NCBI GenBank assembly: GCA_963827235.1 | Contig: CAWHAE010000008.1 | Location: 359,870 to 423,869, forward strand | DNA from: an uncultured bacterium | GTDB taxonomy: Bacteria; Chloroflexota; UBA5177; JANWHV01 | DNA: 64,000 nt | Direction of reading: 5' to 3' | Part shown: piece by piece, positions 60,398 to 64,000 of the stretch | Position numbering within the stretch: position 1 is the first letter of the stretch | Layout of the letters: every line of letters starts with the position of its first letter | The notes under the pieces: model-generated | Databases searched by the model: none | What the model saw: only the letters and a program-made list of their open reading frames with translations | Told to the model about the DNA's origin: nothing | Program-made: the position numbers and the translations under genes

Positions 60398-61608
60398 AAA
60401 GGCCGGAACTGCTCTCTCCTGCGGGCGACTTCGAAAAGATGTGTACCGCAATTCATTACGGTGCGGATGCGGTATATCTCGGAGATCCGCGGTTCAGCTT
60501 GCGAAACAAAGCTAGGAACTTCGATTCTGAAGAGCTTGCCGCAGCAGTCCAATACGCTCATGATCGCAGCGTCAAGGTTTATGTGACGGCAAATATCTTT
60601 GCCCGCAACCGCGACCTGCAGGCTGTCAAAGACCATATCCGTATCCTCAAAGACATCAGGCCGGATGCTGTTATCATCTCCGATCCAGGCCTGTTCATGA
60701 TGTTCAGGGAAAAGGCCCCTGAGGTAGATATCCACGTCTCCACCCAGGCTAACATTACCAATAGCGAATCGGCCCACTTCTGGGAGAAGATGGGCGCTAA
60801 AAGACTGATTCTATCAAGAGAGCTCTCGATAGAAGAGATAAGAGAGATCGGCGAAACCGTGGAAATTGAACTCGAAACTTTTGTACACGGATCGGTATGC
60901 CTGTCTTATTCCGGCAAGTGTTACCTTAGCAGCTTCCTGGCTTCGAGGAGTGCAAACGCCGGCGAATGTACAAATTCATGCCGATGGAAATATGCCCTCG
61001 TCGAGGAGAAACGGCCTGGGGAATATTTACCCGTGTTCGAAGACGACGGCGGGGCGTATGTCATGAACTCCAAAGACCTCTGCCTCGTCGAGCACCTGCC
61101 GCTTTTGAGTCGTGCAGGCATAGGCAGCTTCAAGATCGAGGGCAGGATGAAGGGCGTCCATTATGTCGCAGGCGTAACTAGGGCGTACCGAGAAGCGGTC
61201 GACCTTATCGGCAATGATGATCTCTATCAGTCGCGGCTCCCGGCATGGCAAAAAGAACTATCCCTGTTCGGCAAACGGGGATATACGACGGGACTCTTGT
61301 TCGGATCCGATAAAGACGAAATATGCAATGTCACGGGCAAGAACTACGCGCCAGAAAGTGAACTGGTCGGTATCGTCCTCGATACAAAGGGTCAATTTGC
61401 CAGGGTTTTGCTCAGGATCAAAATCTCTGTCGGCGAGTGGATCGAGTATCTGATCCCTGGACACGAAGATAAGATGATTGCCGTCGACATATTGCGATAT
61501 GAAGACGGGATCGAAGCTGTCTCGGCATTGGCCGGAGAGACTGTGCTGATCAAGGCCCCTTATGTGCCACGCAAAGGAGATTTGATAAGAAAGATTCATC
61601 AGGCGTGA
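60394..61608 (+). CDS. U32 family protein (TrhP/YegQ-like tRNA hydroxylation)
   Basis: [48 protein letters not shown]. Confidence 0.92.
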   Translation: MKRPELLSPAGDFEKMCTAIHYGADAVYLGDPRFSLRNKARNFDSEELAAAVQYAHDRSVKVYVTANIFARNRDLQAVKDHIRILKDIRPDAVIISDPGLFMMFREKAPEVDIHVSTQANITNSESAHFWEKMGAKRLILSRELSIEEIREIGETVEIELETFVHGSVCLSYSGKCYLSSFLASRSANAGECTNSCRWKYALVEEKRPGEYLPVFEDDGGAYVMNSKDLCLVEHLPLLSRAGIGSFKIEGRMKGVHYVAGVTRAYREAVDLIGNDDLYQSRLPAWQKELSLFGKRGYTTGLLFGSDKDEICNVTGKNYAPESELVGIVLDTKGQFARVLLRIKISVGEWIEYLIPGHEDKMIAVDILRYEDGIEAVSALAGETVLIKAPYVPRKGDLIRKIHQA

Positions 61609-61611
61609 CAA

Positions 61612-63316
61612 GCGACTGGCCATGTTCTTGGAGGTAGAGATCCAGACTTTCTTTCACTCCGTTGCGACGGTGGGAAATAGATGCCTGTTTGAACGCTGCT
61701 TAAAACCGGACATTTTCACTTTGGCTTGACAGCAGTGCAGTGTGGTGTTGACTTTTCTTAAGCAGCGACATAATTTAATAGGGAGTATATGCAAAGCGGA
61801 GTCAAATTCCGGTGTTATCCGGGCAGTATCTTGTCGAGGCCACTGTCGCAGTGGATTGGATGCCAGCGCTTTGTCTATAACGCCAAGGTAGCTGAGGATG
61901 AGTATTTCCGGACTTTCAGAAACCATTCCCTATCCCTAACCGGAGTTCACACCCCGACCGACCAGCAGTACTCCCAGTTCAAGGATAAGGATCTGACCCC
62001 GTTTCTGTACGATGTCCCATCCCAGATATTGCGTAACGGTGCTTACCGTTACATGCAGGGACATGCCCGCTTCCGTCAGGGACTCGCTCAACGTCCGACC
62101 AGAAGAAAAAAGCACGGTCGTCAGACCGTAATGATCACCAAGGAACTGTTCCGGTTCATTCCGACCGGCAAGATTACCGGATCCAAGGACGGGGATATCA
62201 TCGAACACAAGCTGTTTATAGGCACTGAGAAGTCGCCCATAGGGGAGCTTAAGTTCAAGGCACATCGTCCCTACGGGATACCAAAATCGATCGCTATTGC
62301 TCGCCATAATGGGGAATGGCATGTGTCATTCAATTATGCAGAGGCAAACTTGTCCGGCAACATGGAGCCAATGAGCGAAGAGAAGTTAATCGAGTACTTC
62401 TCAGGACTGACCGCCGAAGAGCTGGAGGCAATTGCCGTGGGTGCAGATCGTGGAGTCACTATCCCCATGGCGACTAGCGATGGGGTTAACTATGACTTCA
62501 CTGAGACCCAGAAGAAACGTCTGACCAAGGCAAGGAAGCAGAGGAAGAAACTACAGAAGCGGCTAGCCAAGCAGCAGAAAGAATCAAATCGGCGAAAGGT
62601 AACAAAAGAGAAGATCGGTGATACCTACGCCAAGGAGCGCAATATCCGGCAGGCCTGTGCCCACAAGATCAGCCATACCATCGTAGAGTCCGAGGCCCAG
62701 GTATTTGTCCATGAGGACCTGCAGGTTAAAAACATGACCAAACGGGCAAAGCCTAAACAGGACGAAAACGGCAAGTACATAAAGAATGGAGCTGCTGCCA
62801 AGTCGGGACTTAACGATGCCATACTGAGATCTATGTGGGGAATGGTTGTTAAGTTTATCAGGTACAAAGGACTCAAGAGGGAGAAGTTGACAATCAAGAT
62901 ACCGGCTCATGGCACTTCGCAGGAGTGTTCCCGATGCGGGCACACTCACCCCGATAATCGGGAAACGCAGGCAGAATTCATCTGCCAGGACTGCGGTTTT
63001 ACGGCAAATGCCGACTACAATGCAGCCCTAGTAATCAAGAAACGTGGTATCAAGGCATAGTTGGATGGCGTGATTGTGGTAAAGCAGAAGAAGGCCGTAA
63101 TGGTCAGGAAGGGATCACGGCGGCAAATAGGGCAGGGACTGCCCGAATCAAAGCGCGCATCCATGGATGTTAGCCGTATCATGGGTGGCCCGGTTGTACA
63201 CGGGCAGGAGGCGACTGTAAGACGCACTGCGGGTATTCCTCGCAGGGTGCTTGTGTCTGCGAATCGCGAAGCCCCCACCTTAACTGCTTCCTGCGGTTAG
63301 GTGGCGGGTAGTTCAC
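61612..63316 (+). mobile_element. tnpB-only (IS1341-like) element; left boundary approximate
   Basis: right-end hairpin GAAGCCCCCACCTTAAC...GTTAGGTGGCGGGTAGTTCAC ending 63316; no tnpA ORF; 10-bp IR CGCTGCTTAA/TTAAGCAGCG at 61694/61758. Confidence 0.7.
61789..63060 (+). CDS. tnpB: IS200/IS605-family RNA-guided endonuclease TnpB
   Basis: GCQRFVYN, RuvC D (GADRG), E (VHEDL), D (NADYNAA), CSRCG/CQDCG zinc finger; TAG at 63058 with the frame continuing to 63300. Confidence 0.93.
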   Translation: MQSGVKFRCYPGSILSRPLSQWIGCQRFVYNAKVAEDEYFRTFRNHSLSLTGVHTPTDQQYSQFKDKDLTPFLYDVPSQILRNGAYRYMQGHARFRQGLAQRPTRRKKHGRQTVMITKELFRFIPTGKITGSKDGDIIEHKLFIGTEKSPIGELKFKAHRPYGIPKSIAIARHNGEWHVSFNYAEANLSGNMEPMSEEKLIEYFSGLTAEELEAIAVGADRGVTIPMATSDGVNYDFTETQKKRLTKARKQRKKLQKRLAKQQKESNRRKVTKEKIGDTYAKERNIRQACAHKISHTIVESEAQVFVHEDLQVKNMTKRAKPKQDENGKYIKNGAAAKSGLNDAILRSMWGMVVKFIRYKGLKREKLTIKIPAHGTSQECSRCGHTHPDNRETQAEFICQDCGFTANADYNAALVIKKRGIKA

Positions 63317-63336
63317 AAATGACGAGGGCAAACACC
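63070..63336 (+). ncRNA. predicted TnpB omegaRNA (scaffold to 63316 plus flanking guide)
   Basis: established right-end origin of TnpB guide RNAs; 5' boundary is a guess. Confidence 0.55.
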
Positions 63337-63504
63337 GACAGCCCCAGAAATGCGACGAGGCTGAAGCTCAAAAAATTATTATGCAACTATCCTTCCGCTT
63401 TTGTCATATGCAGGATTGGTGGATCGATGAATCGGGAAAGAATCGGGCGAGGTAAATCTTTCCCTTCAAAGCAGTATTCGGGCAAATAGTCTCTCGACGC
63501 TTGA

Positions 63505-63966
63505 TTATCTCCACCAGTTGTGGCGGTACCATGGATTTTACCAGGGATCGTACCAAGGATCGTACCACTCGTAAGGATACGGATAATAGGCTGGATAGTA
63601 TCGCGGTTCTTCCCAAAGATGGAAATCGACGATTTCGAAATATCCATATGTGTAGTTCATCTCGTCCAGCCTCTCCGTTCTGGTCCCTTTGTATATGCCA
63701 GCTATCGTGATCTCCCGGTCTTTCCTGAATATGATTGGGTCGAGTATTGCCCTTTCCTTAGGGTATAGTGCAAGGAACCTTATAGACCTGACATAGTCTT
63801 TCAGATAACCCCGCGAATCGACAGGCGCGTAAATAGCTTCTATCAGCGAACCGTCCTTAGTCACGCGCGTATTGACGATTTTACCTCCAAGAATGTAAAG
63901 CTTGCCTTCGAACAGCACCGGGGCTGCATTAAGTTCGTAGAGCGAGGGATTCACTGTCGATGAGTA
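63505..63966 (-). pseudogene. Slp family outer-membrane lipoprotein lacking its 5' end, with an internal TAA at 63538-63540
   Basis: GKLYILGGKIVN...RFLA...LDPIIFRKDREITIAG...YTY...HLW; in-frame TGA TAG at 63972-63967; WYDPWYDPW*NPWYRHNWWR. Confidence 0.7.
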
Positions 63967-64000
63967 CTATCATTTATCTCGTCTTCATCGGCAGCGTCAC

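Noticed and set aside
61630-61730. tnpA remnant (HSVATVGN resembles the TnpA C-terminal motif)
   Set aside because: Too short, with no HUH or catalytic Tyr context to support it
41491-64000. Stop-codon reassignment (TAG read as sense) suggested by in-frame TAGs at 42314 and 63058
   Set aside because: TAG ends several genes at their expected termini (41901, 47047, 48666); the two sites imply different residues (likely Trp and Leu), and a TAA nonsense also occurs in slp

Overview
The window looks like two unrelated DNAs joined at about 41490. Bases 1 to ~41490 are GC-rich (probably Chloroflexota, by inference). They carry a sugar-catabolic cluster (GH95, a TIM-barrel epimerase, two Gfo/Idh/MocA oxidoreductases) and a three-gene candidate anti-phage island (Schlafen AlbA_2 fusion, wHTH-SEFIR, nucleoside-phosphorylase fusion) preceded by a repeat array. 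They also carry frameshifted nrdR-nrdJ with NrdR boxes, redoxins, a DtxR regulator, a complete single-ORF IS66 with TIRs and an 8-bp target duplication, an ABC-2 exporter, a FecR/beta-helix repeat protein and a GH99-like gene. This segment ends with part of an element integrated at tRNA-Lys(CTT): excisionase, Rep-like gene, 22-bp iterons, DnaB-like helicase and primase. Bases ~41491-64000 are near-neutral in GC (Nitrospirota/deltaproteobacteria-like, by inference). They carry a sigma54-type nitrogen-uptake cluster (stand-alone Fis-type HTH, outer-membrane protein, APC permease, PP2C-Ser/Thr kinase fusion, SMR-like protein, Amt) and an NhaP-type antiporter. Next come kimA behind a c-di-AMP riboswitch and KdpE-like boxes, accessory genes separated by a recurring TTCGGAC motif, crp, mutS2, rnhA, a U32 gene, a tnpB element and a broken slp gene. 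Many frameshifts (12.3-20.9 kb) and a few in-frame stops probably reflect sequencing error. All assignments come from reading motifs by eye; no searches were run.
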